A stretch of DNA of 64,000 nt, taken from positions 64,001 to 128,000 of the forward strand of contig CAVUPH010000032.1 in assembly GCA_963743305.1 (NCBI GenBank), written 5' to 3'. The stretch is from an uncultured delta proteobacterium. Lineage in GTDB: Bacteria > Desulfobacterota > RBG-13-43-22. The position numbers and the translations under genes are program-made. Below are positions 1 through 12,052 of the stretch, one piece after another; positions within the stretch are counted from its first letter, which is position 1; every line of letters begins with the position of its first letter. Below the pieces are notes generated by a model that saw nothing but the letters and a program-made list of their open reading frames with translations, did not search any database and was not told the DNA's origin.

Positions 1-2
1 CC

Positions 3-221
3 TATTCCGCCACGGTGGTGGGGACTCAGATCGTCCAACAGATCCCCTGGGCCGGTTCGGCCCTTTTTCACCTGCTGGTCGGCGGGGGGCAGTTTGGAGA
101 AACCACGGTGCTCCGCTTTTATGTGCTCCATTGTTTTCTCCTGCCGGGGGGGGCCTTCGCTCTGATTTTTTATCATTTCTGGCGGGTGAGGAAAGACGGA
201 ATGGCAGACAGCGCCTTGTAA
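3..221 (+). CDS. Cytochrome b/b6 N-terminal-domain protein, 3' end (partial, begins before window)
   Basis: Frame open from window start: YSATVVGTQIV..IPWAG..LLVGG...GETTVLRFYVLHCFLLP...IFYHFWRVRKDG, matching the cytochrome b6 C-terminal helix with two His. Confidence 0.8.
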   Translation, partial: YSATVVGTQIVQQIPWAGSALFHLLVGGGQFGETTVLRFYVLHCFLLPGGAFALIFYHFWRVRKDGMADSAL

Positions 222-382
222 TACCAGGTAGGTCCAAAACCCTTCCAGCGGGTTTCCAATTTTCAGGAAACCGCCTTTTTAATCTTTAAAATCAGGGAGC
301 CGCCACAGGGTCTTACTGGAACCTTGCAAGACGTCTCCCTAGGTTAGTCTGGAATACACATTTCTTGGGCATAACGTTTCCT

Positions 383-1885
383 TCAGGTTTTGGAAGTGTC
401 CTGCAGTATCGAGGGCGGATGTTTGTGAACCCACCCGGTTGCTTGTTCATAAGCATAAGCCAATTGAAGGACTGATAGATCAGCCTGAGCCTGGCCGTGG
501 AGCTGTATTCCCATAGGCAGGCCAGCCCGGTTAAACCCCGCCGGGAGGCTGATCGTCGGCACGCCGGCCATGGTCCCAGGAATGACGACCTCCATCCAAC
601 GATGATAGGTATCCATGGTTTTTCCGGCAATTTCCTTCGGCCAGTGAATCGTTGCGTCGAACGGAAAGACCTGCGCGCTGGGGGTAACGAAATAGTCATA
701 ATTCTGGAAAAACTTATTGACGGCTTGATAGTAGGTGCTGCGGTCGACGGATGCCTGGTAGACATCGGTGCCGGTGAGTTTCAGCCCGTTTTCAATCTCC
801 CAGATAGCTTCTGGTTTCATTAAATCCCGCAGTTTGGGATTTGCGTACATCCCGCCGGCCATACCGACAAGTAAGAAACCACGCAGGGTGAGCCAGGTCT
901 GCCACAATTTCTCCATAGGATAGTCCAAGGTGGCCTCTTCAACGGCACAGCCCGCATCCTCAAAACCTTGGAGAGCGGTGCGGCAAAGATCCAACACACC
1001 TGGTTCCATCGGCAGATAACCGCCAAAATCACCCAGCCAGGCAACTTTTGCACCCTTGAAGTCGCGCTTGAGCGGTTGGGTAAACATGGCGGCATCTTGA
1101 TCGAGGGACAAGGGAACACGCGAATCGAAACCGGCCTGCACCGAGAGAAGCAGGGCGAGGTCGGTGACGGTACGCGCCAGCGGACCTTCATAGCCCAGTT
1201 GCTGGATGAAAATCTCATGGGCTGGACCAAAGGGGACCCGCCCGAATGATGGACGAAAACCAAACACATTATTAAAACCAGCCGGGTTACGTAACGAACC
1301 CATCATGTCGCTTCCGTCGGCCACGGGCAACATACATAGGGCAACGGAAACAGCCGCCCCGCCGCTGCTTCCGCCGGCGGTCTTGCTTTGGTCGTAGGCG
1401 TTGAGCGTCGTACCAAACACGGTGTTATAGGTCTGCGAGCCAAGCCCGAACTCCGGGGTATTGGTCTTGCCAATCAGAATGGCACCGCTCTTTTTGAGGC
1501 GTTCGACGATGATGGCATCATATTGGGGAATATCGTCCTTGAGAAGGGGGGAGCCCATTGTGGTTGGAATACCAGCGGTAGCGGCCAAGTCTTTTGGCGC
1601 CTGAGGAAAGCCGTGCATCCAGCCCAGATATCTTCCCCGCCGAAGCTGGCTATCGCGCTCATCGGCCTGGCGCAACAGACTCTCCTGCTCTTGCAGTGAG
1701 ATGATGGCGTTGACCTTCGGATTAAGACGTTCGATCTGGCCGAGAAAAGCCCCCATCACCTCACGGCAGGAGACTTTCCGAGCCTTGATCCACGCCGAAA
1801 GCATCGCGGCGTCGGCCAGGACAATATCCTGCAGTGAATGGGGACCGGATTTTGGTGAGTAGTTGGAATGGCTGGACCGGTTCAC
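383..1885 (-). CDS. Amidase (amidase signature family)
   Basis: APKDL, GKTNTPEFG, GGSSGG and GSDMMGSLRNPA motifs (Lys-cisSer-Ser triad). Confidence 0.93.
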   Translation of the reverse strand: MNRSSHSNYSPKSGPHSLQDIVLADAAMLSAWIKARKVSCREVMGAFLGQIERLNPKVNAIISLQEQESLLRQADERDSQLRRGRYLGWMHGFPQAPKDLAATAGIPTTMGSPLLKDDIPQYDAIIVERLKKSGAILIGKTNTPEFGLGSQTYNTVFGTTLNAYDQSKTAGGSSGGAAVSVALCMLPVADGSDMMGSLRNPAGFNNVFGFRPSFGRVPFGPAHEIFIQQLGYEGPLARTVTDLALLLSVQAGFDSRVPLSLDQDAAMFTQPLKRDFKGAKVAWLGDFGGYLPMEPGVLDLCRTALQGFEDAGCAVEEATLDYPMEKLWQTWLTLRGFLLVGMAGGMYANPKLRDLMKPEAIWEIENGLKLTGTDVYQASVDRSTYYQAVNKFFQNYDYFVTPSAQVFPFDATIHWPKEIAGKTMDTYHRWMEVVIPGTMAGVPTISLPAGFNRAGLPMGIQLHGQAQADLSVLQLAYAYEQATGWVHKHPPSILQDTSKT

Positions 1886-1902
1886 CGCTTCAACACGCCC
1901 CC

Positions 1903-2520
1903 CTATCTGTCTGCCACTCCGAAATGGATATCCTTGATTATCCCCGCTATTTTTTTCATTACCGCCAGAATTAAGACGGCTTGTTCGGGGATGAGTTGGA
2001 CGTGGTAATGGAGAGGAGGCAAAATAATTCTTAGCAGGGAACCGCCATAGGGTCTCACCTGAATTTTACAAGATCCCTCCAGAGGCTCGAAAAGTATCTT
2101 TAAAAATTCAACCTCCAATTTCCAACATTCTTCCAGCAGGTCCTGATCGCTGTGCAGCAGTGAGATTATTCCGCCTTCCGGTCCTTTTGGTTGCGAATAA
2201 CCCCTCAGGGCAAAAAAAGGCTTCCCTTTTCTTATGAAACCCGCATAGCGAAGCTCCAGGCAGACCGAAGGAAGAAGAGGCGCGTAGCCGGTCAATATCC
2301 CCTCCACCGTCAGGAGATAGATCTTTCCCATAAACTTTTTGTTGAGGTCATAGCCGATCGTAAAATGGCGGAAGGGAAGACTTCCCACAGGGAAAGAGAA
2401 CCCCCCCTGGCCTTCCAGGCGAGGTTCTCCCAGGACCTCCGTGAAGGGCTTCGAATCGGTTCGCAGACAGGAAATCAGCTCGGGGTCGCTTAGAGTCGCG
2501 GCGGATTTCCGTTTCTTCAT
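1903..2520 (-). CDS. Hypothetical protein (possibly DUF3156-like, partner of the APC permease)
   Basis: 205-aa ORF co-oriented directly downstream of the APC permease; family guess is from context only. Confidence 0.55.
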   Translation of the reverse strand: MKKRKSAATLSDPELISCLRTDSKPFTEVLGEPRLEGQGGFSFPVGSLPFRHFTIGYDLNKKFMGKIYLLTVEGILTGYAPLLPSVCLELRYAGFIRKGKPFFALRGYSQPKGPEGGIISLLHSDQDLLEECWKLEVEFLKILFEPLEGSCKIQVRPYGGSLLRIILPPLHYHVQLIPEQAVLILAVMKKIAGIIKDIHFGVADR

Positions 2521-2590
2521 TGGGCCTTTTCAAAAAGTGATTTCACTGCCAGGGCGACCGCCGCCTTATACGCCGGCTTGCCCTAACCAG

Positions 2591-3949
2591 CTATTCCTCT
2601 AGGGCTTCCTCGTATCGAACGGGTTTAAATAAACCCTTTTTCATCTTGAAAGTACACCAGAGAAAGGCGTAAACGGCTCCGCCGCCTAAGAAATAGAAGG
2701 CATAGGTATAAATTTCCTTTTTCATCTTAGGATCAGGGAAAATATAGATCATGACCAGGATGATCCCTAAAATCCCCAAAATTTGAGGGACGGGGAAACC
2801 GGGGGTTTTGAAGGGTCGTTCCAGTCGGGGATATCTAACCCGCAAGATGATCGCGTCCACATGGGCGATAATGTAGGCCAGAAGCCAGGAAAAGGCCGAG
2901 GCGACGATGAAAACCACAATGGTTTCAATCGTGGATATGCCGCTCAAGATTTGAACAAGCATGCCCAGGCCCATCAGGAGGATGCCCACCCAGGGAGTAC
3001 GAAAACGGGGGTGCAGCCATTTAAAGATCGCCGGGACCTGCCCGGCATGGGCCATCCCATAAAGCATCCTCGGGACGGAAGCCATCAGGGTATTAATTAC
3101 CCCGGCCGTGGCAAAGAAAGTGGCGACCCCGGCCCAATATAATCCGGCTTTCCCCAGAATGGCTGAAGCGACGTCCACGTGAGGAGTCGGGGAAGTGGAG
3201 AGGACAGTCATCGGCACAAATCGAACCGCGGCTATCCCGAAAACCAGGTTCAAAGCCAAGATGATCACCAGGCCGAGGATCATGGCCAGCGGCAAATCCC
3301 TCCGGGGATTCTTGGCTTCTTCCACCAAGGGGCAGATGAATTCGGTCCCGATGAGCAGCCAGACCCCCAGGGCTACGAAGCCGAGCACATCAACGATTCC
3401 CAAAGGTGGGGAGACGACGGTCACCTGCGGATTTCCCAGGGCGAAGATGCCTGCCAGTCCTATCACCCCCACGGTAATGATCTTGATAATGGTGAAAACA
3501 ATTTCGGCTTTGGCAAAAACATCGACTCCCAGCAGGTTCAGCAGCATAAACAGGAACAACATCAGCACCCCGATCAGGGTGGGCGAGAGGTCAGGGAGAA
3601 ATACGTTTTTGACCACCAGGCTGGCCACGGCAATCTCCGCCGGTCCGGCCAGGAGTTGAACAATGATATATCCGGCTATCGTGGCAATGATAGCCGGAAA
3701 ATGTCCGAGGGCGACCTCGGTATAGGAACTGATGCTTCCGGCCCGAGGCATGGAGATGGCCAGCTCGCTGAAGGTAAAGGCCTGAAAAATCATCAGGACC
3801 CAGGCGATCAGCATGGCCAGGATAAAGCCGTACCCTCCCAGTCCCATTCCCTGACAGAGCGACACCAGCGTCGTTGAAGCCACCACCAACCCCACGGCTA
3901 CCGCCAGCAGTGAAGGAAAACCCAATACTCCCTTTTTAAGTCCTTCCAC
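2591..3949 (-). CDS. APC-family amino acid/amine permease
   Basis: About 12 hydrophobic segments; FSELAISMPRAGS, GTEFICPLVEEAKNPRRDLP, PRMLYGMAHAG, HPRFRTPW motifs. Confidence 0.92.
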   Translation of the reverse strand: MEGLKKGVLGFPSLLAVAVGLVVASTTLVSLCQGMGLGGYGFILAMLIAWVLMIFQAFTFSELAISMPRAGSISSYTEVALGHFPAIIATIAGYIIVQLLAGPAEIAVASLVVKNVFLPDLSPTLIGVLMLFLFMLLNLLGVDVFAKAEIVFTIIKIITVGVIGLAGIFALGNPQVTVVSPPLGIVDVLGFVALGVWLLIGTEFICPLVEEAKNPRRDLPLAMILGLVIILALNLVFGIAAVRFVPMTVLSTSPTPHVDVASAILGKAGLYWAGVATFFATAGVINTLMASVPRMLYGMAHAGQVPAIFKWLHPRFRTPWVGILLMGLGMLVQILSGISTIETIVVFIVASAFSWLLAYIIAHVDAIILRVRYPRLERPFKTPGFPVPQILGILGIILVMIYIFPDPKMKKEIYTYAFYFLGGGAVYAFLWCTFKMKKGLFKPVRYEEALEE

Positions 3950-4025
3950 GATGATCTCCTTTTTGATCCTGCTTGACGGTCCCTTTGTATTTCATGGTCG
4001 CCTCGGCCTTAATCTAAAAACAGGT

Positions 4026-4517
4026 TCAGCCAGTCCTGGAGACCAGGCGTTCAGCATTCTCCTGGCCGCGAATGGACAGGACCGGTATAGGCGACCGGCG
4101 AATAACTTTTTCGGCCGTGGAACCGAAGAGGGTATTGGCCAGATTGGTTCGGCCCTTGGTTCCCATGACCATCAGGTCCGCTTGTTGCTCCTTGGCGGCC
4201 GCCAAAAGCTCTACCCAAGGGACCCCTACCCGGATAATCCGGGTGCAAGCTATATCTCCACAGCCGGCCTCTTGGAAGAACTGCAGGGCCAAGGCCTCCC
4301 GTTCCGCATGCTGGGTTTTCAGATAATCCTGAACCGAGATATTGATCCCTCTGGTCTTAATGCTGTAGATCATATCAATATCCCGCTGATTAATGACGTT
4401 CACCAGAATCAGGCCGGCCTGGCAGGCCTTGGCCAGCAGACCGGCATATTGAATCGTCCTGTGGGAATAATCCGAGAAATCCACGGCCACCATTATTTTT
4501 TGTATTTCACCCATCAC
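4026..4517 (-). CDS. Universal stress protein (UspA family)
   Basis: [12 protein letters not shown]-terminus and [34 protein letters not shown]. Confidence 0.92.
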   Translation of the reverse strand: MMGEIQKIMVAVDFSDYSHRTIQYAGLLAKACQAGLILVNVINQRDIDMIYSIKTRGINISVQDYLKTQHAEREALALQFFQEAGCGDIACTRIIRVGVPWVELLAAAKEQQADLMVMGTKGRTNLANTLFGSTAEKVIRRSPIPVLSIRGQENAERLVSRTG

Positions 4518-4550
4518 CGCACTGTTCCTTCCTAATTTGACAAATCCCTG

Positions 4551-4967
4551 CTAATGACTGCTTACCAGATAAGAGCCGATGATCGCCTCGGCCTCAATTT
4601 CCACCAGATGGGCCGGACGAGCCAGGGCCGAAATCTCGACCAATATGGTTACCGGTTTGATCTCTTTGAAAAATTCGGAATAGGCCCTCAGGTATTCCTG
4701 AGCCTTCTTGATGTCCGTTACATAGATGCGGACCCGGTACACTTCGGACAGCTTGGCTCCAGCCTTGGATAAAGCCTGCTCGATCTTCTGCAGGATGATT
4801 TTGGCTTGGAGGTAGGCGTCCGCCTCGCCCTCCACTACGCCTTCGGGATTAGTGGATGTGGTCCCGCCCACAAACACAAAATTTCCCACCTTGACCGCCC
4901 GGCTGTACCCCACCTTTTCTTCCAGAGGCGCGCCCGATGAAAAGTTCTCTCTCTTCAGCAAATCCAT
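4551..4967 (-). CDS. RidA/YjgF/UK114 family protein, copy 1
   Basis: GYSRAVKVGNFVFVGGT...RVRIYVTD...LVEIEAEA. Confidence 0.9.
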   Translation of the reverse strand: MDLLKRENFSSGAPLEEKVGYSRAVKVGNFVFVGGTTSTNPEGVVEGEADAYLQAKIILQKIEQALSKAGAKLSEVYRVRIYVTDIKKAQEYLRAYSEFFKEIKPVTILVEISALARPAHLVEIEAEAIIGSYLVSSH

Positions 4968-5042
4968 GGTCCCTTCCTCCCTGGCCTTAACCAGGGCAGC
5001 TCTGTGCTATCAGACCAAAAAAGCTATCTTGACTCTTAATCT

Positions 5043-7443
5043 TTAAAGGGCCTTCACCCTTTTGAGCAGAAAGTGCGACAGGGAAGGGATCAAAATAAGC
5101 GCGCCAATCATGTTCCAGATAAACATGAATGTCAGGAGAATGCCCATATCGGCCTGAAATTTGATCGGTGAAAATACCCAGGTAACGACACCGGCCGCCA
5201 GCGTGACGCCGACCAGTCCGACCACCTTGCCGGTGAACTGGACGGCGCGTTTGTACGACTCTCCCAAAGACAGTCCTGCCCGCATCCAGTTGAGCTGAAC
5301 GCTGAGAAGATACAGGGCATAATCCACCCCGATTCCCACCCCCAGCGCAATAACCGGCAGGGTGGAGACCTTCACCCCGATGTTCAGCAAGACCATGAGC
5401 GCCTGGCAGAGGATGGAAGTAAGAAAGAGCGGCAGAACGGCCACCAGTACTGCCCGCCAGCTACGGAAGGTGATTAAGCAAAGCAGGATCACCGCACTAT
5501 AAACATAGAGCAACATGTTGCGTTGCGCTTTTTTGACCACGATGTTTGTGGCCGCCTCGATTCCGGCGGTTCCGGCCGCGAGCAGGAACTGTCGATCACC
5601 CGTACTGTGTTGCTGTGAGAACTCGTCCGTCGCCTTGACCACCCTATCGAGCGTTTCGGCCTTATGATCGGAAAGGTAGGCAATCACCGGCATAACGGTG
5701 CCGTCGTTGTTGAACAGGTTCGGGTTGTCGACTATCGACTGATGGGCACCGTAGTTCAGCACCTGCTGATTGCGGGAGATGGTATACCACTTGGGACTGC
5801 CCTCGTACGTGCCGGCCGTGATCAGACGCACCCCGTCGACCAGAGAAACAGTGGTCTGTACTCCGGGGACCTGCTGCAACCCCCAGGCCAGACGATCGGC
5901 CTCGATGAGGGTTTCGTATTTCTGTACCCCGTCCGGCGGAGTCTTCACGATAACGGCGAACTGATCGGTGGATAGGGCATAGTTGGCCGTTATATAGGCA
6001 TTGTCCTGGTTGTAGCGCGAATTCGGGCGCAGTTCGGGTGCGCCGGGGTCCAGGTCGCCTATCTTGAGGTTCAGACCTACCATCCAGCCGCCGGCGGCCA
6101 GGATGAAGTGCAGTTGCCACCGCCCCGATTGCCCAGCGCCGTTCGGTAAAGTGTTCGAGGAAGCCCCAGATCATTCCGGCTCCCGCGCCTTTGCTTTCTT
6201 CTTTTTCTTCTTGGAGGCTGCGCCGGGCCGCATTGAGGCTTACACCGACAAAGGAAAGCAGCACCGGCAAAAGAAGAAGGTTGGTGAAAATCAGAATCGC
6301 GACGCCGATGCTGGCCGTAAGTGCCAGGTCCTTGATGACCGGGATATCGATCAACATCAGTACGGCAAACCCGACCGCGTCGGCCGAAAGCGCCGTCACC
6401 CCAGGCAGGAAGAGCCGGCGGAAGGTGTAGCGGGCGGCAACGAGCCGATGGGTTCCACGTCCCACGTCCTGCATGATGCCGTTCATTTTTTGTGCGCCGT
6501 GGGAGACGCCGATGGCAAAAACCAGAAACGGCACCAGGATGGAATAGGGATCGAGTTCATAGCCGAGGGTGGAGATCAGGCCGAGTAGCCAGACCATCGC
6601 CACCAGCGAACAGCCGACCAACATCACCGTACTGCGCAGACAGCGGGTATAGATGAAGATAATAATCGCGGCGATAACGGCCGCATAGGCAAAATAGGTC
6701 ATCACCTGCAACAGCCCCGCCAGCAGATCGCCGGCGAGCTTCGCAAAGCCGATGATGTGAATCCTGATCTTGCCGCCGCCGTATTTTGTTCGAATGTCCT
6801 CCAATTTATTTGATAATTGATTGTAATCCAGCCGCCTGCCGGTTTGAGGATCCGTGTCCAGAAGCGGAACAAAGATTGCCGCTGACTTGAAGTTGTCGGC
6901 CACCAGATCTCCGACAATCCCCGCGCGGGCAATGTTCTGCCTGAGCTGATCGATGCTTTTTTTCGAGCCGTCATAGTTATCCGACATTACGGGGCCGCCC
7001 TGGTACCCTTCTTCGGTAATCTCACTCCAGCGCACAGCCGGCGTCCAAATCGATTTCATCCAGGCGCGATCCACGCCCGGGGTAAGAAAGACCTCGTCGT
7101 TGATCTGCTTTAACGTTTCAATGTATTCGGGGTCGAAAATATCGCCCCGGGTATTCTCTACCACCACCCGGATCGAGTTGCCGAGGCCGTACAGCTCGCT
7201 CTTATTCTGGAGGTAGTTCTTGACATAGGCCTGTTTATGCGGGATCATCTTTTCAAAGTTGGCATTGAACACGAGCTTCGTTGCCTGATAGGCCAGCACC
7301 AGCGTGGCGATCAGGCAGAGGATGATCATCGGAACCCGGTTGTTGAAAACCAGACGTTCCAAGTGGTTGCCGGATGATTGATCGAAATCCTTCAGTTCCT
7401 TTACGACCGGCATTTCATCTATTTTTTCCATTTTGACAACCAC
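5043..7443 (-). CDS. RND/MMPL-family transporter; one +1 frameshift near 6105 joins ORFs 5662-7443 and 5043-6083
   Basis: Two repeats of periplasmic domain plus TM block; VFAIGVSHG and LGVGIGVDYALY motifs; removing one base restores ..ATALILAAGGWMVGLNLKIGD. Confidence 0.85.
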
Positions 7444-7463
7444 TTCAGTTCTCCTTCATTGTT

Positions 7464-8543
7464 TTATTTAATCGACTGAACCGCCACTCCGCCAAATCCT
7501 GCCAGCACGAGGGTATCCGCGTCGAAAGCGGTAACCGCGGCGGCCTGCAAGGCCTTCTCTACCTTGGCCATTTTGAAACTCAAGCCCCTGTCTTTACTCA
7601 CCAGCACGTCTCCTGTCTGGCTCACCAGGACTATCCGCCCATCTTTGGTTACGGTCGCTCCCGTCAGTCCTACCGGCACCCCGGTCTCCACCTTCTGCCA
7701 GCTTTTACCTCCGTTATCGCTGCGGAAAACCGTACCGCGCATCCCGAAAACAAGGACTACATCGGATCCGCCTGTGGCCCCAAAGAATGTTCCCTGATAG
7801 GGTATTTTTAACCTGCGGAACATCCCGGCCTTCTGATCAAATTTCAGCACCAGCCCTTGTTCGCCACTGATGAAAATGTCCTGGCCGATGCGCTTTATGG
7901 CATAGAGATGCGAAAAACCCGGGTTTTCGGTTCGTTCAAACCAGGGTTCCCAATTCCTTCCTCCGTCGGTGGTATGGAAGATCGTGTTGAAGGAGCCGAC
8001 AATAAAGCCCTCCGTTTCATTGTCAAACCAGACATCGAGAAAGTGCTTGTCGGCGCCTTCCTGGACGAAACGTTTGATGGTTTCGTTCAAGCCTGAACCC
8101 GCCTCGCTCCCTCCCGGCTTATCGGCAGGAGGATGGGCGGCGTAATAACTGAGCACGACCCGGGCGGCGGCGTAACCGTCAAACTGTTTCACCCAGGTGA
8201 GGCCGCCGTCGGTACTGTGCAAAACCACGCCGTCATGACCGACCGCCCAGCCCTTCTCCGGTGTCGGAAACTGTACGGCCACCAGATCCGAACTTACCGG
8301 CACCTGGAGAACCTGGGTCCAGTTTTTCCCCCGGTCATCCGAATAGAGGATGTGGCCACGCTGACCCACGCTGATCAGGCGCTTGCCGGCCACCGTAATC
8401 CCGTTCAGCAGTGCTTTTTCCGCCAAGGCGCTTTTCATCACCGGGGTCTCGAGCACATCCCTGAATTTTGGTGTACTGCCGGCAAGGCCGGTCGTCAAAA
8501 AGACGATGGCCATCATTACCGTTATTATTGTTCTGCGGATCAT
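7464..8543 (-). CDS. YCF48-like BNR/Asp-box beta-propeller protein with signal peptide
   Basis: Repeated Asp-boxes SDDRGKNW, STDGGLTW, TTDGGRNW, SDNGGKSW; signal-peptide-like MIRRTIITVMMAIVFL; start chosen at ATG 8543. Confidence 0.87.
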   Translation of the reverse strand: MIRRTIITVMMAIVFLTTGLAGSTPKFRDVLETPVMKSALAEKALLNGITVAGKRLISVGQRGHILYSDDRGKNWTQVLQVPVSSDLVAVQFPTPEKGWAVGHDGVVLHSTDGGLTWVKQFDGYAAARVVLSYYAAHPPADKPGGSEAGSGLNETIKRFVQEGADKHFLDVWFDNETEGFIVGSFNTIFHTTDGGRNWEPWFERTENPGFSHLYAIKRIGQDIFISGEQGLVLKFDQKAGMFRRLKIPYQGTFFGATGGSDVVLVFGMRGTVFRSDNGGKSWQKVETGVPVGLTGATVTKDGRIVLVSQTGDVLVSKDRGLSFKMAKVEKALQAAAVTAFDADTLVLAGFGGVAVQSIK

Positions 8544-8597
8544 ATTTTCTCCATCGGGATCGGGGCCGGGGCCCCGATTGAACATCGTCCTCGGCCA

Positions 8598-8637
8598 ACC
8601 GTTGCCTCCGGCGGTCGATACCGCCGGAGGCAACGGT
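8598..8637. repeat. Perfect 18-bp-stem intergenic hairpin
   Basis: accgttgcctccggcggt-cgat-accgccggaggcaacggt between the DUF1329 and YCF48 genes; no U-tract. Confidence 0.8.
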
Positions 8638-8654
8638 AGGCTAAACCCACCGGC

Positions 8655-10005
8655 TCAGCGAACGCCGGCGCCGGCCAGATTTTCCGGCAGCCATTCCTTT
8701 TCCGGGATGTCCGGGATGTATTTGACGCCGCCGGCCTCGGCGACATAAACGTCCAGCGTATAAATATTGGAACTGAAATCATAGAAACCATGGGTCATGG
8801 CATAAGGCGCATTCACATCGTAGTTCTGCACCATATACATGAAAGCCGATTTATAGAGTTGCCCGCGCGCGTCGTACTCATCGCTGGCCAGCGCTTGCCA
8901 ACTGTCTTCATCCAGGTAAAAGACGCGCTTGTGGTAGATATGCCGCTTGCCCGGTTTGAGGGTCGCCTCCACCACCCAGACCCGGTGCAGTTCCCAGCGG
9001 ACAAAGTCCGGATTGAGATGTTTCGGCGTCAGCAACTGGCTCGCCCTTAGACCAATAAACCAGATTGTAGTTGTTGTAGGGCACATACATCTCCTTCTTG
9101 CCGACCAGTTTGAAATCATAGCGTTCCATCGACCCCAGGAACAGACGCCATTCATCATAAGCGGTCGCTCCGTTCAATTGGGCGTTCGGCGTATCGAAAT
9201 TGATGTCCGGCGCCAGTTTTGTCCGCCGCTGACCGGGGAGGTACTGCCAAGCGCGCCGGCCTTTCCCGTAAAAGTCCAGATAATCCCAGACCATGAGCAT
9301 TTCGCCCACATTGCGGGGCGGTCCAATACAAATATCGCGGAGCCTCCAGAAGATTTCGGGTTTGGTATTGGTAGGGACCCAGTAGGGCCAATTTAAAACT
9401 TCATCCAGCACATAGGTCATCGTGGGCCGCCCGGCGGCGGTCACCACCCAGGACTGGGGAAAATGGTTTAAGGTAACCCCGTTGTAGAACAGAATGTGGT
9501 TCCACATGGCCTCATAGCCGTCCTTCGGAATGGGAAAGGGATAGGCCGCATAGGCGCCCACCACGGTCAAACCGTTGTTGGCGGTTTTGGTCGTGGTGGC
9601 CTGCTTGACGGTATTTTCCAGCACGTATTTCGGAAAAGCCGCCGAACGGTGCGTCTTATAGACGTCCAGGCGGAAGCTGGGATATTTCTCCAGCAGCGTC
9701 TTCTGCCCATGGGTGAGTTTGTCCGCATACTTACCCATGCTCTGCTGGTTGATCGTGAATAAAGGTTTTTCGTCGGCATAGGGATTGGCGCGCAGGCCGG
9801 TCCCCTTCTTGAAGTCGGGCGGTATGGTGGTCAGTCCACCGGTGTACTCGGGGATGGAACCGTCCTGGTTCCCCGCCTTTTCGGCTCCGAGAGGCGTTAA
9901 GGTCGTGCCCAGTTTCTTCGCTTCTTCCGCCGTAACAGCCCCCAGGGCAGCGCCCGCAAATGTCAGCAGTATGATGGCTGCGATGAAGATATAGCGTACT
10001 CTCAT
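8655..10005 (-). CDS. DUF1329-family periplasmic protein; +1 frameshift near 9045
   Basis: LGTTLTPLGAEKAGN.DGSIPEYTGG, AWQYLPGQRR, RWELHRVWVVEATLKPGKRHIY, YLDEDSW motifs; signal peptide. Confidence 0.87.
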
Positions 10006-10021
10006 GTCGTCGTTCCTCCCG

Positions 10022-11762
10022 TTAGAATGTGGCTTTAAGTGTGAGTGCAATGGTTCCACGATCCTTAAGCAAAGCATAATCGCCATTGTTGACGGTTACC
10101 GCCCCCGTCGGGTCCGTTGAGTAATTTCCAAAATAACCGTAATAGGCCAGATCGACGCGGTACCGCGACATGATGTCGGCCGATATGCCGACGCTAAAGT
10201 AGCCCGCGCCCTGGTTGATGCCGGCGACTGTAGCCGCGTTGCCGCCCAGGCCGGTTCCAAAGGTGAGTGGCATCAAGAGATCCACCGACGGGAAAACTTG
10301 AAACCAGGTAGGGATGAAGCTGACGATCAACCCCGAAGGCGTCTTTGTCCACGCGGTCAATGGCGGTGTAGTCGGAGCGGCCCTTGAAGACCGCTTCGTT
10401 CTGCGTCACCCGATTCCATCGACACCAACTAAATTCCGCCGTCCAGGTTGCCGTATCAAACACCGGCGTTTTATTGATCAGGCCCAGGAAATTCAGCACC
10501 CCGTGAAAGGTGTCACCCCTCGCCGCCGCGGTGTCGCCGGAATTGGGAAGGGCGGTAATATAACTTCCCGGAGCAAGCCCCAGCGCGGCGGCATTGCTGT
10601 TACTGGCCACGAGGACCGTGTCACTAACCAACGGCATATTGGTCCGGTAAGAAAGTTCCGCACCCACGCTGAGGCCCAGGATTTGCTTAGACAGACTTAT
10701 ACCGTACAGATTGATATTGTCGGCATAGGCGAAATTGAACTCGGCGGGCGAACCGTTTACCACAGGATTCAGATTCAGGAACGCCTGCGGCAACTTGTCG
10801 GACAAATTCCGGTAATAAAAACCGAGCGTCCCGTCAATCCATTCGGGGCTCCAGCGCGTAGCGATCCCCCAGTCTTTCGCTTCGGGTGGATTAATGTCGT
10901 TCCCTCTGCGGATGACCCCGAGATCTGGATCCAGGATTGATTGTGATCCGTTGAGAAAAAAATCGTAGATGCCCAGATACGAGCCGGCTTCCGGATAACG
11001 ACTGGGTTCCCATTGTAAGAAGTATTGTCCGGTAATCGAAAGCCCTTTGAGAGGCGCGACTGAAACCGAGACATTGTTCAGGGGACGGAACAACTCTTTT
11101 ATGCTGGTACCCGGCACGGCATACGCCTTAAAGTAATCAATCGGCGATTGCATGTAAGCGATGCTGTTTAGTCCTGCGGTCAACCCCAGGCTTTCTCCAA
11201 AGAAGAGTGTATACCGCCCGGCCTTGACCTGGACCGGTATGTCGGCAATGCTGAATCTGCCGAAGCCAAAGGCATCGAGAACTTCGCCGTTCGGTCCGGC
11301 ATAGTAGTATTTAACGTAATCACTCACACCGAGGGCCTGTTTTCCATTGTTTAAATGGTTCGAAGTGGCAACCGAATGGTTGTCAAAACTATCCTTCGCG
11401 TAAGCCTGGTCGTACCAGCCGGCCCAACTGACTCGAAATCCGAAATCCTTCTTAAAGGTAGCGTCAAACTCGGATAAAACGTCCAGTCGATTGGCCACAA
11501 TACCGTTGGCAAAGTTACGGTCTCCGTCATCGAGATTCGGATTGGAGAGGATCGCCTTGTCCTGGCTTCCGACCCTGTAGCCCAGGTTGTAACGAAATGT
11601 ATTATCCCAGTTTACCTTGAGGTCATCATTCCCCGTGTCGATTTTAAAGGCACTGGCGCCGCCACCTGCACCGAAAATGAACGCTACTACCAACCCAACC
11701 GCAAGAAAGCGTTTACCTCGATTTTCCAGCAGGCGTTTCCCCCCCATCATGGTTTTACCCAT
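10022..11762 (-). CDS. DUF1302-family outer-membrane protein; +1 frameshift near 10332
   Basis: NWDNTFRYNLGYRV, NLDDGDRNF, VPGTSIKELFRP; C-terminal LKDRGTIALTLKATF beta-signal ending in Phe. Confidence 0.85.
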
Positions 11763-12052
11763 CGTTCAACCTCCTCTCCTAAATTTTATGCCCAGGGATT
11801 TCGGTATTGGTTGACATGACATTCCTGCCGCAAGAACGTATTCCAGATGATAACACGAGCGTTGAGAGCGTCTCCGCCTTGGACCACCGCACGATCCCGG
11901 AGAGCTGCCAGGTAAAAACACGGCCTTGTGGCATCACAAAACTGCGTGCTCGGGGTTCCTGTACGGCCCCGATTCTGACCTAAAAATACAAAACCTCCTT
12001 TCAATATATTGTCTTGTTTCAAAAGCACTTGCCCTAGCAGGATAAAGTTTTT

